Below are positions 27,917 to 37,339 of a DNA stretch of 64,000 bases, piece after piece. This stretch comes from an uncultured archaeon. Its GTDB lineage: Archaea; Iainarchaeota; Iainarchaeia; Iainarchaeales; GCA-2688035. The stretch covers positions 1-64,000 of the forward strand of contig CAYHBD010000030.1 in the NCBI GenBank assembly GCA_964354805.1, written 5' to 3'. The notes under the pieces were generated by a model that saw only the letters and a list, made by a program, of their open reading frames with translations, was not told the origin of the DNA and searched no databases. A program made the position numbers and the translations under genes. Numbering within the stretch: position 1 is the stretch's first letter; every line of letters starts with the position of its first letter.

Positions 27917-28630
27917 GTGGCTGAGAAGCTGACTACAACAATTGCCGGGGAAATCTGCCTGAGCAAGGACCCGGGCGGCAGCATGAAAAAGTGGCGGGAG
28001 ATTTTTGGCGTAACGCAGACAGAGCTGGCACTACACTTGAAGGTTACTAACAGCACTATTTCCGATTATGAGGGCGGAAGGAGAAAAAGCCCTGGAATTG
28101 CGGTCATAAGCAGGCTTGTTAATTCGTTGATTGAAATGGACAATGGCAGGGGCGGCAAGGTTGTAAAGCAATTGGAGAAGGATTTCAAGCCGAAGGAAGA
28201 GGCTTTTGATTCGCACGAGTTCAGCGCAGCAATGAAGGGCCCTGATTTTGCGAAAAAGATTGACGCAACATGCGTTGCAAACCAAAGCAGATTGAAGGAC
28301 GTTCAGATTTACGGCTTCACTGTAATCGACAGCATGAAGGTCATCTTGGAAGTGCCTGTTCACGAATACATGCTTTTGTACGGGAAAACGCCTGACAGGG
28401 CGCTGATTTTCAGGTTTGTAGAGAACGGAAGAAGCCCGCTGATTGCAGTGAAGATCGGCAGGTTCAGCACTGACATGAGGCCAGCAATCGTTGTGCTGCA
28501 CGGAAAAATCACTGCCGAAACAGTTGACCCAATTGCAATAAAGATTGCTGAAAGCGAAAAAATCCCGCTGCTCGTAACGCAGAAAAGCATTGAGGAAATA
28601 ATGGCTGAACTGAAAAAATTTGAGAGCTGA
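27917..28630 (+). CDS. XRE-HTH transcriptional regulator, archaeal COG1709-like
   Basis: IAGEICLS.DPG..MKKWREIFGVTQ...ISDYEGGRRKSPG; GRSPLIAV. Confidence 0.88.
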   Translation: MAEKLTTTIAGEICLSKDPGGSMKKWREIFGVTQTELALHLKVTNSTISDYEGGRRKSPGIAVISRLVNSLIEMDNGRGGKVVKQLEKDFKPKEEAFDSHEFSAAMKGPDFAKKIDATCVANQSRLKDVQIYGFTVIDSMKVILEVPVHEYMLLYGKTPDRALIFRFVENGRSPLIAVKIGRFSTDMRPAIVVLHGKITAETVDPIAIKIAESEKIPLLVTQKSIEEIMAELKKFES

Positions 28631-28667
28631 AAAAATAAAGCAAATTCAAATTAAAAAAATCCGAGAG

Positions 28668-29402
28668 CTAAATCCTGAGCGCGAATGTTTCCCTCTTTTT
28701 CTGTTTCCCTGTCCTGTCAACTCCAATCAGCTTGAATGTTTTCGTTGCATCTGTTTTGAATTCTTTTTCCAGCTGCTTTACAGCCAAGGCAGCTGCTTTT
28801 TTTGATCCGACTATTGCATCGATTGAGTTTTTTTTCTGTGTTGCGGAAACAATTGCGGCCAGACCGTCTCTTTTTTGCAGGGATGCGAGCAATTGCCTCA
28901 GCCTGTTGAAAGCAGCAGCTGCTTTTTCCCCCCTAAGCTGCACTATTGCCTCAAAGTAATTGCTTTTCAGCTTCATGCAAGCATCGCACTGCATTGCGGG
29001 AAAAGAGATTGTTGTTTTCCTTTCAACCAGAACAGGCGTGTTTTCAATTACGCCCTTTGCCGTTACGATTGCCTGCATTTCCTTTTCACTCAACCGCTGC
29101 AATTCAACTGACAGGGCAGCATCTGTCAGCTCCTTAACCTTGCATTTTTTTTTGACGAACTGCTTCAATAGTTCCAAGTCAAAAGCGTGCATTTTCCCTG
29201 AAAGCAAAATTTTTCCGCATTGCTTGCAGCGCTGCAACTCGATTTTTTCAGGCAACTGCAGAAGCGTGTGCTCTTTCAGGAAGCACTGGAGGCAGCTGCC
29301 CCTTACAAAAAGGCTGTCTGTTGCACCGCAGCTCGGGCAAAATAATCTGCCCAAAGCCTTTTTGCCTTTTGGCAAAAAGCCTTGGGAAAAGTTGCTTCGC
29401 AT
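28668..29402 (-). CDS. nmd3: NMD3 family protein
   Basis: FCPSCG...CLQC, CKQCG, CDAC...YFEAIVQLR. Confidence 0.88.
   Translation of the reverse strand: MRSNFSQGFLPKGKKALGRLFCPSCGATDSLFVRGSCLQCFLKEHTLLQLPEKIELQRCKQCGKILLSGKMHAFDLELLKQFVKKKCKVKELTDAALSVELQRLSEKEMQAIVTAKGVIENTPVLVERKTTISFPAMQCDACMKLKSNYFEAIVQLRGEKAAAAFNRLRQLLASLQKRDGLAAIVSATQKKNSIDAIVGSKKAAALAVKQLEKEFKTDATKTFKLIGVDRTGKQKKRETFALRI
29354..29400 (-). repeat. Palindromic repeat family copy at the 5' end of NMD3
   Basis: GCGAAGCAACTTTTCCCAAGGCTTTTTGCC-AAAA-GGCAAAAAGGCTT. Confidence 0.85.
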
Positions 29403-29406
29403 CCCA

Positions 29407-30249
29407 TTAACCCACCTTGAGGAATTGCTTTTTTTCAAAGCCAAAGTAGAAAACAGTACTTAACACGTAGTAGTATGTGGCAAAAACTGCCAGCAGAAAC
29501 CTTACCACTATCAATAAGGAAAAAACAGCCAATTGCTGAAGCAAATTCTGTGGCCCTATTAACCATACATCAACGCTTAAGAAAATACTGATGCCCATCG
29601 TTAAAAGAAAAAAAATGAATGCTTTTATAATATTTGTGTTGTGTTTAAACGAAACTGATACTGTTTGCTTAAGTGTTTTGGAAAAATTTAAGTTCTCTAA
29701 AGAGCCAATGGGGTAAATCAAAAAATATATGAATATAAACCAAAAGAACATTGCCAATAAAGCCGCAAAAACCAAGATTGCAGACAAAAATAAATCCCCT
29801 GATAAATAGGATGTGTAAGCAAACCAAGTAAGTGGCAACCAAACAATAAGGATTGCCACCAAAGCGGCAAATAAGGGCATAAAAATTTTTCCGAAGTGAT
29901 GCAAAACATTTTGCAATGCATTCTTAAAAGATATTTTTCTCTTTTTATAATAATCTTGGACCATTGGGGGATACATCGGATTTATAAGAAAAAAATCAAT
30001 CGAATCAACTGCCAGACTGTATAAGGCAATAATAAGCATAGAACCGATTATATCCAACGCCCTACTTAATTCACTGCTGCTCAAATTATATGGATTCAAA
30101 AGGGACGTATCCAATTGAAGCCCGTAATAGGTAAGCAGAATAAATGCAGGCAACTGAAAGAATGCAACCAGAATCTTCGGAATGAACAGTTTGGGGCACA
30201 TTCGCAGCAGAAGAAAGCTGTCAACCATGATTCTGTAAAAGCTCATCAA
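29407..30249 (-). CDS. Multi-pass membrane hypothetical protein
   Basis: About six hydrophobic segments; AT-rich. Confidence 0.75.
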   Translation of the reverse strand: MMSFYRIMVDSFLLLRMCPKLFIPKILVAFFQLPAFILLTYYGLQLDTSLLNPYNLSSSELSRALDIIGSMLIIALYSLAVDSIDFFLINPMYPPMVQDYYKKRKISFKNALQNVLHHFGKIFMPLFAALVAILIVWLPLTWFAYTSYLSGDLFLSAILVFAALLAMFFWFIFIYFLIYPIGSLENLNFSKTLKQTVSVSFKHNTNIIKAFIFFLLTMGISIFLSVDVWLIGPQNLLQQLAVFSLLIVVRFLLAVFATYYYVLSTVFYFGFEKKQFLKVG

Positions 30250-30277
30250 TGCTCACTTAAACAATTTTATTCCGTTT

Positions 30278-31555
30278 TTACTCGTTTAATGCAATTTTTT
30301 TCCCAAGCTGCGGGACAATTGCCTCAATGCCTGTTTCTTCTTTTATTTTCTGCCTGAAAACATCAATCACTTCCTTGTCTCCGTGCACAAGCAAAACTTT
30401 CTCAGGCTGCCATTTCTTTATTGCATGCAGCATTTCCTGCTGCGAGGCATGCGCACTAAAATCAAATTTTGCAACCTTTGCTTTTACGTCATATAATTGA
30501 CCGTCAATCTCTATTTTATTTGTTTCCATAAGCATTCTGCCTGGCGTTCCTTCAACCTGGAAGCCCGTAAGGAAAATGCCGCTTTTCTCGTCATTGTGCA
30601 ATCTCTTGATGTAATCAAATATCGGGCCGCCTGTAAGCATGCCTGATGTCGTAACAATTACGCCAGGCTTTTTCAATACCTTATTCCTTGCGCCCTTGTT
30701 CTTAACCCAGCTGGCGTGCTTTAATGCCTTTTGCAGCTGTTTCGGGTCCTTTAAATATTCAGGGAAGCGCATTGTTGCAAGAGCAACCCTCTGACCCATT
30801 CCATCCAAATAAATTGGCGCATTCACCTTGTGCTCGAACAATATATCAATTATTTCCTGGCTTCTCCCGACAGCAAAAGCAGGCACCAAGGCAAAGCCCC
30901 CTTTTTCAATCGTGTTCTGCACTTCCTCTATAAAAAGTTTTTCGCACTCTTTCCTTTTTGGATGATTCCTGTCGCCGTAAGTTGACTCAATCGCAAGGTA
31001 ATCGACCTTTCCAGTATTCAAGTCCGCTCCCTTGAACAAGCGAGTTTCCTCTGGCTTGAAATCTCCAGTATAGAGAAGGGTCTTTTCCCCCATTGCCAAT
31101 TTCACCATCGCGCTTCCGAGAATGTGCCCTGCATCAAAAAGGGTCATTGAGCAATGCTTGGTTATATCTAATTTTCTTTTGTAAACAGCAGGGAAAGTGA
31201 AACGTTCCGCTTTCGCTATATCCTCTTTTGAAAAAGGGACATTCTCGCTTTCCATTCCCGCAATATGCAGGCTGTCAAACCACAAAATTTTGCACAATTG
31301 CAGAGTCGGCGGGGTCATGTATGTAAGGAACTTGCTTTCAACAAAAAGCGAGGGCAGGCTTCCGCTGTGGTCCAAGTGCGCATGGCTTATTATTACTGCA
31401 TCTAGGTTTGTCTGGATAGGCAGCGGATCGAATGTTCCCTGCGGGAGCAGCTTTACTCCCCTTTCAAGCAGAAACTTTTCCCCGCTGTCAACAAGGAAAC
31501 TGCTTCTGCCGACCTCGTTGCATCCGCCTAACGCAGTGAAAGAAACAGGCCGCAT
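30278..31555 (-). CDS. Beta-CASP ribonuclease (aCPSF2-like)
   Basis: LGGCNEVGRS, SHAHLDHSG, AGHILGS, ESTYG, FSAHA, VHG. Confidence 0.92.
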   Translation of the reverse strand: MRPVSFTALGGCNEVGRSSFLVDSGEKFLLERGVKLLPQGTFDPLPIQTNLDAVIISHAHLDHSGSLPSLFVESKFLTYMTPPTLQLCKILWFDSLHIAGMESENVPFSKEDIAKAERFTFPAVYKRKLDITKHCSMTLFDAGHILGSAMVKLAMGEKTLLYTGDFKPEETRLFKGADLNTGKVDYLAIESTYGDRNHPKRKECEKLFIEEVQNTIEKGGFALVPAFAVGRSQEIIDILFEHKVNAPIYLDGMGQRVALATMRFPEYLKDPKQLQKALKHASWVKNKGARNKVLKKPGVIVTTSGMLTGGPIFDYIKRLHNDEKSGIFLTGFQVEGTPGRMLMETNKIEIDGQLYDVKAKVAKFDFSAHASQQEMLHAIKKWQPEKVLLVHGDKEVIDVFRQKIKEETGIEAIVPQLGKKIALNE

Positions 31556-31607
31556 TTTGAATCAAGCCAATTTTTTTAAAATTTTTTAATTATTTCCCGC
31601 CAGAATT

Positions 31608-31790
31608 TTATTTAACCACAATCGCTTTCGCCGGGCAGCTTGCCTCGCAGGCCCTGCACTGAATGCAGTCATTCGGGTTTTTTACAACGGCTTTCCCTTT
31701 CTGCATTTCGAAAACATTGACAGGGCAAACCGAAACGCAGGTGCCGCAGCCAGTGCACTTGTTTTTGTCAACATAAGGCCTTTCAGCCAT
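31608..31790 (-). CDS. 2x[4Fe-4S] ferredoxin
   Basis: Two CxxCxxCxxxCP motifs. Confidence 0.93.
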   Translation of the reverse strand: MAERPYVDKNKCTGCGTCVSVCPVNVFEMQKGKAVVKNPNDCIQCRACEASCPAKAIVVK

Positions 31791-31859
31791 TTTGCCATCA
31801 CCTCTGGTTAAAAATTATTTTTTCCTTTCATTTACCTCTTTCTTTATCTCTGTTTAAAA

Positions 31860-32093
31860 TCACTTTTTCTTTCCCTTTGCCTCTTTTTTAATTGCCTCAT
31901 TCATTTCCTTGAGCAAAGAATCAATTTCCTTTTCATCCATGCCATGCGCTTTTGCGCCCTGCTCGACTGTTTCAAAAACGGCAACATGGCAGCCAACGCA
32001 ATGCAACCCCCTGCCAAGCATTACAGGCACGGCATCAGGAAACACGCTGACCACTTCGCCAAGAGTCGTATTTCTCTCAATTTTTTTAACCAT
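31860..32093 (-). CDS. DUF1858 (hybrid cluster-associated redox disulfide) protein
   Basis: GLHCVGCH...ETVEQGAKAHG. Confidence 0.85.
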   Translation of the reverse strand: MVKKIERNTTLGEVVSVFPDAVPVMLGRGLHCVGCHVAVFETVEQGAKAHGMDEKEIDSLLKEMNEAIKKEAKGKKK

Positions 32094-32101
32094 AAGGAAA
32101 T

Positions 32102-32200
32102 CAATCACAGAAAAGTTTTTTAAATGCCCCCTGACAGCAACGTGCTCAAAGCAATCACAGAAAAGTTTTTTAAATGCCCCTAACGGCAACGTGCCCAAAG
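32102..32200. repeat. Tandem duplication (~50 bp) of the nrdG 3' end
   Basis: 29 identical bases CAATCACAGAAAAGTTTTTTAAATGCCCC at 32102 and 32152, with diverged tails. Confidence 0.9.
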
Positions 32201-32880
32201 AAAGGCTTTAACGCAGCGGCAAACTGCAGCAGTTCCTCCCTGCTGTATGCCCTGCTGCCCTGCATTTTTTTATCCAAAAGCGGAACGCTTGAATCAAACT
32301 GCTGCAAAAAGAATTGCTCGGCGCCCTGCAGCCATTCGCCGATTGCAACCAAATCGGCTTTGCTGTGCAATGCAGGCACAATGGTTATCCTGAACTCGTA
32401 TTCAACGCCGCTTTCTTTAATCAAGTCAATGCTGCGCTGGATTTTTTGCAAATCAACCCTGGCGCCGGCTGCTTTGCTGTATTTTTCTTTCGCAGCCTTT
32501 ATGTCCATTGCAATGTAGTCCACTGCTTTGGCGGCAATCAGCTTTTGCAGCATTTCCGGTTTTGAACCATTTGTGTCAATTTTAACCAGCAAGCCCAAGC
32601 GCTTGGCCTTTTTGCAGAAAGCAGGCAGCCCTGCATGCAGCAGCGGCTCTCCGCCTGAAATGCATACGCCATCCAGAAACTTTCTTCTGTCGCGAAGGAA
32701 ACGCAGCGCTTCTTTTTCCGTTATTTTTACGCCTGTTTCCTTGTCCAGAACAAGCTGGGCGTTGTAGCAAAAGGGGCACCTGAAATTGCATTTTGGCAGA
32801 AAAAGCGTTGCAGCAACCTTGCCCGGAAAATCAATCAAAGTTGTCTTTTGCACTCCTTTAAAGATAAGCAAACCATACAC
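32170..32880 (-). CDS. nrdG: Anaerobic RNR activating radical SAM enzyme
   Basis: TLIDFPG, CNFRCPFCYN, SGGEP, DTNGS. Confidence 0.92.
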   Translation of the reverse strand: MYGLLIFKGVQKTTLIDFPGKVAATLFLPKCNFRCPFCYNAQLVLDKETGVKITEKEALRFLRDRRKFLDGVCISGGEPLLHAGLPAFCKKAKRLGLLVKIDTNGSKPEMLQKLIAAKAVDYIAMDIKAAKEKYSKAAGARVDLQKIQRSIDLIKESGVEYEFRITIVPALHSKADLVAIGEWLQGAEQFFLQQFDSSVPLLDKKMQGSRAYSREELLQFAAALKPFFGHVAVRGI

Positions 32881-32920
32881 CTGAAATAGTTAAAAAATAA
32901 ATAAATTCGGCTGCAACTGG

Positions 32921-33070
32921 TTATACTTTGCCCATTGCTTTTTTCTCTGAGAATGTCTGCCTTTCCTTGAATTCTTCCTGTTTGCCCAGATTCCAGTTCT
33001 GGACTGGCCTCAGGTATCCTACAACCCTGCTGTAGACCTCGCATGGCGCGTTGCATTTTGGCATTTTCAT
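32921..33070 (-). CDS. Stand-alone glycyl-radical domain of class III RNR (49 aa)
   Basis: Hand translation MKMPKCNAPCEVYSRVVGYLRPVQNWNLGKQEEFKERQTFSEKKAMGKV; own SD GGAGGT. Confidence 0.92.
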   Translation of the reverse strand: MKMPKCNAPCEVYSRVVGYLRPVQNWNLGKQEEFKERQTFSEKKAMGKV

Positions 33071-33116
33071 CGACCTCCGTTTTTTAATTTTAATTTTTTG
33101 CCAATCTCAAATAAAA

Positions 33117-35132
33117 TCACTGCATTTGCCGCACTGTTTGCTTTGCTGCCTCTTCTTTTTTTTCGCTCACTTCAACAGGGCAGTTGAAGTGCTTGCCCTT
33201 GACATAGCCGTGAACAGGGCAAACACTGAAGGTTGGCGTAATAGTGTAATACGGCATCTTGAAGCCGTAAGCTATTTTTTTAACCAGCCTGCCGCATGCC
33301 TCTCCCGATTCCATTGCCTCTCCAAGGAAACCGTGCAATACTGTTCCGCCAGTGTATTTGCACTGCAGTTCATCCTGGTGCTTTAATGAATCAAAAATGT
33401 CGTCAGTGAAGTCAACAGGCAGCTGTGTGCTGTTTGTATAATATGGTGCATCCTTGCCTGCTGTTTTTATTTCCGGGTAGTTTCTTTTGTCTATTCTCGC
33501 AAGCCTGTAGGAGGCGCCCTCTCCGGGAGTTGCCTCCAAGTTGAATATGTGGCCTGTCTCTTTCTGGAATTCAGTCAGCCTTTCCCTGAAGAAGTCAAGT
33601 GATTTTAATGCAAGCTGCCTTCCTTCCTTGCCTGCAATGCTTGTTTTCAGGAAATTTTCGCAGCATTCATTCATTCCAATCAGACCTATTGTTGAAAAAT
33701 GGTAATCCAATGTGCCCAAATAATGCTTGCTCCATGGCAGCAAGCCCTGCTGCATGTTTTTGTTCACTTCCTTTCTTTTGATCTCAAGGCTTTCCTTCGC
33801 AAGATAAAGCAGTGTATCCAGCCTCTCGAAGAAATCATCCTCGTCTTTTGCAAGAAAACCAAGCTTTGACATATTGATTGTCACAACTCCAATGCTGCCT
33901 GTTTTTTCACCAGAACCAAACAGGCCGCCTGTTTTTTGCTTCAGGTCGCGCAAATCCAATTGAAGCCTGCAGCACATTGAGCGAACATCGCTTGGCTTGA
34001 GCGAGCTGTTGATGAAGTTCTGGAAGTATGGAATGCCGTACTTTGCAGTCATGTTGAAGAGAGCCTGCGCGTTCTCGCTTTCCCAATCAAATTCTTTCGT
34101 AATATTGTATGTCGGAATTGGAAAGGTGAAAACCCTGCCGTTTGCGTCCCCTTCGGTCATTACCTCAATGAATGCCTTGTTAATCATATCCATTTCATCC
34201 TGGAAATCAGCATATGTTTCATCGGCAAGCATTTGACCGCCGTAAATCACTGGCATGTCCCTCATGTCAGATGGAACAGTCCAATCTAGGGTAATGTTTG
34301 TGAATGGCACTTGGTTTCCCCAGCGTGATGTTGCGTTTGTTGCAAAAATGAATTCCTGCAATGACTGCTTTACCTTCTTGTAATCCAGATTGTCTTTTGC
34401 AACCAATGGCGCCAGGTAAGTGTCAAAGCTGTTGAATGCCTGGGCTCCAGCCCACTCGTTCTGCAAGGTTCCCATGAAGTTGACAATCTGGCCAAGTGCT
34501 GCATTGAAGTGCTTTGCAGGCTTTGCAGCAATCCTGCCTGGCACTCCACCGAAGCCGATTTCAAGCAGCTGCTGCAGGCTCCAGCCTGCGCAGTATCCTG
34601 AGAATGTGCCGTTTCCCAAATCATGGATGTGGAAGTCGGCGCTCCTGTGCGCGTTTGATATCTCTTCCGGATAAATGTTTCTCAGAGCATACTCTGCAAT
34701 GACTGCACCGCTTATGTGTGCCTGCAATCCTGAAAGGCTGTAGGAGGCGTTGCTGTTTTCCGCAACCCTCCAGTCAGTCAGCATTACGTAATCGTCAACG
34801 ATTTTATTGATTTTGTTCAGGAAAGCGGCTGCATCCCTCAGCTCTGCTCTTTTCTGCCTGTAAATGATGTATGCCTTTGCTGTTTTTGCGTGCCCTGCCT
34901 CAATCAGTTCCTTTTCAACAGTGTCCTGAATCTCTTCAACGCCCGGAGTCTTTGTCCCGAATTTTTTCTTCAGGGCGTGCACTATTCTGTCGGTCAGGTC
35001 AACTGCAATCTGCCTGTTTGTTCCGCCGACGGATTTTGCGGCAGCAAAAATAGCGTCCTCAATCTTCTTTCTGTCAAAGGGGGCAGTGCTGCCGTCCCTT
35101 TTTCTCACGCTTTCCAAAAAACGCTGAACCAT
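33117..35132 (-). CDS. nrdD: Class III anaerobic ribonucleoside-triphosphate reductase, catalytic part lacking the Gly-radical tail
   Basis: N-terminal ATP cone, HIHDL, SMCCRL, EATPGE, YTGG, CPVHGY; no RxxGY motif. Confidence 0.94.
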   Translation of the reverse strand: MVQRFLESVRKRDGSTAPFDRKKIEDAIFAAAKSVGGTNRQIAVDLTDRIVHALKKKFGTKTPGVEEIQDTVEKELIEAGHAKTAKAYIIYRQKRAELRDAAAFLNKINKIVDDYVMLTDWRVAENSNASYSLSGLQAHISGAVIAEYALRNIYPEEISNAHRSADFHIHDLGNGTFSGYCAGWSLQQLLEIGFGGVPGRIAAKPAKHFNAALGQIVNFMGTLQNEWAGAQAFNSFDTYLAPLVAKDNLDYKKVKQSLQEFIFATNATSRWGNQVPFTNITLDWTVPSDMRDMPVIYGGQMLADETYADFQDEMDMINKAFIEVMTEGDANGRVFTFPIPTYNITKEFDWESENAQALFNMTAKYGIPYFQNFINSSLKPSDVRSMCCRLQLDLRDLKQKTGGLFGSGEKTGSIGVVTINMSKLGFLAKDEDDFFERLDTLLYLAKESLEIKRKEVNKNMQQGLLPWSKHYLGTLDYHFSTIGLIGMNECCENFLKTSIAGKEGRQLALKSLDFFRERLTEFQKETGHIFNLEATPGEGASYRLARIDKRNYPEIKTAGKDAPYYTNSTQLPVDFTDDIFDSLKHQDELQCKYTGGTVLHGFLGEAMESGEACGRLVKKIAYGFKMPYYTITPTFSVCPVHGYVKGKHFNCPVEVSEKKEEAAKQTVRQMQ

Positions 35133-35304
35133 TAAACCAACCCGGTAACACTAAAAAATTATTTAAAAAAAATTCTGTCAATACAAGGCAACGGAAAAAA
35201 TAATGCGAAACATATTTATAAAAGTTTCCTATGGATTTTTGGCACAGTAAGGTTTTTATAGCCTTAAAAAAATTTAGTTATTTCAACCAAAATTTTTTTG
35301 TAGC

Positions 35305-35826
35305 TTAAAATTCATCTTCAACAATAATTTCGCTTTCTTTTCTCCTGCCTGTAACGAATGGCTGCTCTGCTGCATAGCCGATTGGCAGAATCGCGACAGG
35401 CAGCATATCCTTTCCGGCATTTATCGCATCTGAAACAGTAGCAGCATCAAATGCACCGACCCAAACACTGCTTAGGCCGAGTTCCTGCGCTGCAAGCTGC
35501 GCGTAAGCGCAAGCGATTGTTGCATCCTGCAATGCATACAATTCTCTTCCTCTATTGCTGTACCTGCCTGCGCTTCTTTTCAAATCAGCTACAAACACAA
35601 GCAATAAGGGAACTTGCCCTACAAAGCCCTGACCCAAAGAAGCAGCAGCCAACTGCTGCCTTTTTGCTTCGCTTTTCACAACAACAATTTTGAATGCCTG
35701 CAGGTTGCCTGCGCTTGGCGCACTATTTGCAGCGCGCAGTATCTGCTGCAGCTTGTTGGTCTCAACCTTTTTTTCCTGAAAGCGCCGCACGCTGTGCCTT
35801 GCCTCAATCAATTCAAAAAATTGCAT
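35305..35826 (-). CDS. Nitroreductase family protein
   Basis: RHSVRRF, APSAGNLQ, GLSSVWVG. Confidence 0.92.
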   Translation of the reverse strand: MQFFELIEARHSVRRFQEKKVETNKLQQILRAANSAPSAGNLQAFKIVVVKSEAKRQQLAAASLGQGFVGQVPLLLVFVADLKRSAGRYSNRGRELYALQDATIACAYAQLAAQELGLSSVWVGAFDAATVSDAINAGKDMLPVAILPIGYAAEQPFVTGRRKESEIIVEDEF

Positions 35827-35855
35827 AAGAATTTGTTCATTCAAAGCGCTTTTAA

Positions 35856-36149
35856 TTATTGTTTTTTGAAAAACAGCCTGCACAGGCAGTGGCCCTGCTC
35901 CCTTATTTCGCTCTTGTGGAATGCGCAGGGGCAAATCTTTGTATCGTCCTCAGCTTTTTTTCCGGTCAGCGCCCTGCAGGGGCAGTATTTTGCGCCCTTT
36001 GAATTGAGATTCTTTGCCAAAGCGCTTATTACTAAATTCACTATTTTTTCATCCGGATTTAAAACAAGGCCTTCCCTCTCAGCGTAAGCAGTGCTTTCAG
36101 CCAGAATCTTTTTTTCTATTGAATCCAAAAAAATCACCCATTTCTTCAA
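35856..36149 (-). CDS. Ferredoxin:thioredoxin reductase catalytic subunit-like
   Basis: YCPCR, CPC, HCLCRLF; true start may be slightly downstream. Confidence 0.9.
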   Translation of the reverse strand: MKKWVIFLDSIEKKILAESTAYAEREGLVLNPDEKIVNLVISALAKNLNSKGAKYCPCRALTGKKAEDDTKICPCAFHKSEIREQGHCLCRLFFKKQ

Positions 36150-36379
36150 ATGCCGAGCGCTCTCAGCAGCGCTGCCTCGTCAAAGCCAATGATTATTTTT
36201 CCGCCAATGTCAATGACAGGGACAGCAGTCTGCCCTGTCTTGCTGATCATTTCCCTCAGCTTTTGCGGATTGCTGGCTACATCAAAATCCTGGAAATTGA
36301 CATTGTGTTCGCTCAGGAATTCTTTCACCATGTCGCAAAAAGGGCAGGTTGGCGTAGAATAAACAATTACTGGCTGCAT
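36146..36379 (-). CDS. Glutaredoxin/NrdH-like redoxin
   Basis: YSTPTCPFC, TAVPVI, IGFD. Confidence 0.92.
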   Translation of the reverse strand: MQPVIVYSTPTCPFCDMVKEFLSEHNVNFQDFDVASNPQKLREMISKTGQTAVPVIDIGGKIIIGFDEAALLRALGI

Positions 36380-36544
36380 ATAAGATAATTTAAAAAGAAA
36401 AAATATTTTTAAGGCAACAGGGTTCAAAGCGTGTTGAATACCTCAGTCTTTTAGAGGCATAATTTAGGCAAATTATTTATTTTTTCAACACGCTTTCAAA
36501 AAAAGAAAAACCTTTTAAAGAAACCCCTGCCAAAAATACTTAAT

Positions 36545-37213
36545 ATGCCTGAATCAAGCGAAAGCGAAGAAAACGAAATTGAAGGAGCGGAAAACGCTGC
36601 AGTGTGGGAAGCAAGCCGAAAAGCAGAGCAAGATGCTGTGCAAAAGGCAAATAATGGCAGAAGACCAACAACGCCTTTGATTGCGGTAATTGCTGTTTTG
36701 GCAATTATTATTGCAGCGGCAACTCTTGTTTTTTTATTCAGGCAACCAAGCCAAACAGGGCTTACAGTGTTATCCAATAACACAGACAGCAACGCCGCTG
36801 TTGCAGGGATAAAAACTTTTTCAAAGACAAACGACCAAATTGAAACAATTGACGGAAAGCCTGTGATAAGGCTTTTTTCAACAACCTGGTGCCCGCACTG
36901 CCAGTGGATAAAGGAAACATTTGACGCTACCGTAAAGCCTTATGTTGATTCCGGAAAAATTGTTGCAAGGCACTGGGAGCTTGACATTCAGGATGATACG
37001 CTTACAGCCGCTGTTGAAGGCAGTGTTCCAAAAGAAGAGCAGGACGTATTCGCCAAATTCAGCCCTGGCACAAGCATACCTGCATTTGTTTTCGGAGGAA
37101 AATATTACAGGATTGGAAACGGCTACGAAACGCAAAAAGATTTGGCTGCTGAGAAAGCGGAATTTACTGCAGTAATTGAAGCACTGCTGAAAGAGATGGA
37201 AGAACAAAAGTAA
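36545..37213 (+). CDS. Membrane-anchored thioredoxin-fold protein
   Basis: TM helix, WCPHC, IPAF. Confidence 0.82.
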   Translation: MPESSESEENEIEGAENAAVWEASRKAEQDAVQKANNGRRPTTPLIAVIAVLAIIIAAATLVFLFRQPSQTGLTVLSNNTDSNAAVAGIKTFSKTNDQIETIDGKPVIRLFSTTWCPHCQWIKETFDATVKPYVDSGKIVARHWELDIQDDTLTAAVEGSVPKEEQDVFAKFSPGTSIPAFVFGGKYYRIGNGYETQKDLAAEKAEFTAVIEALLKEMEEQK

Positions 37214-37339
37214 AAAAAACTTTTTCTAAGCGGATAGGCAAAAGCAAGAAAGCTTTTTCTTATCAGGCTAAGCTTTGCTGAAAGAAGATGAAGGAAAGAA
37301 ATAGTGCAATCTTTTTAATTCAATTTTTTATTTACAATA

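Noticed and set aside
33071-33180. nrdD split as a simple frameshift or pseudogene
   Set aside because: Over 100 nt of extra sequence, a clean stop, a dedicated SD and intact motifs in both parts argue for true fission
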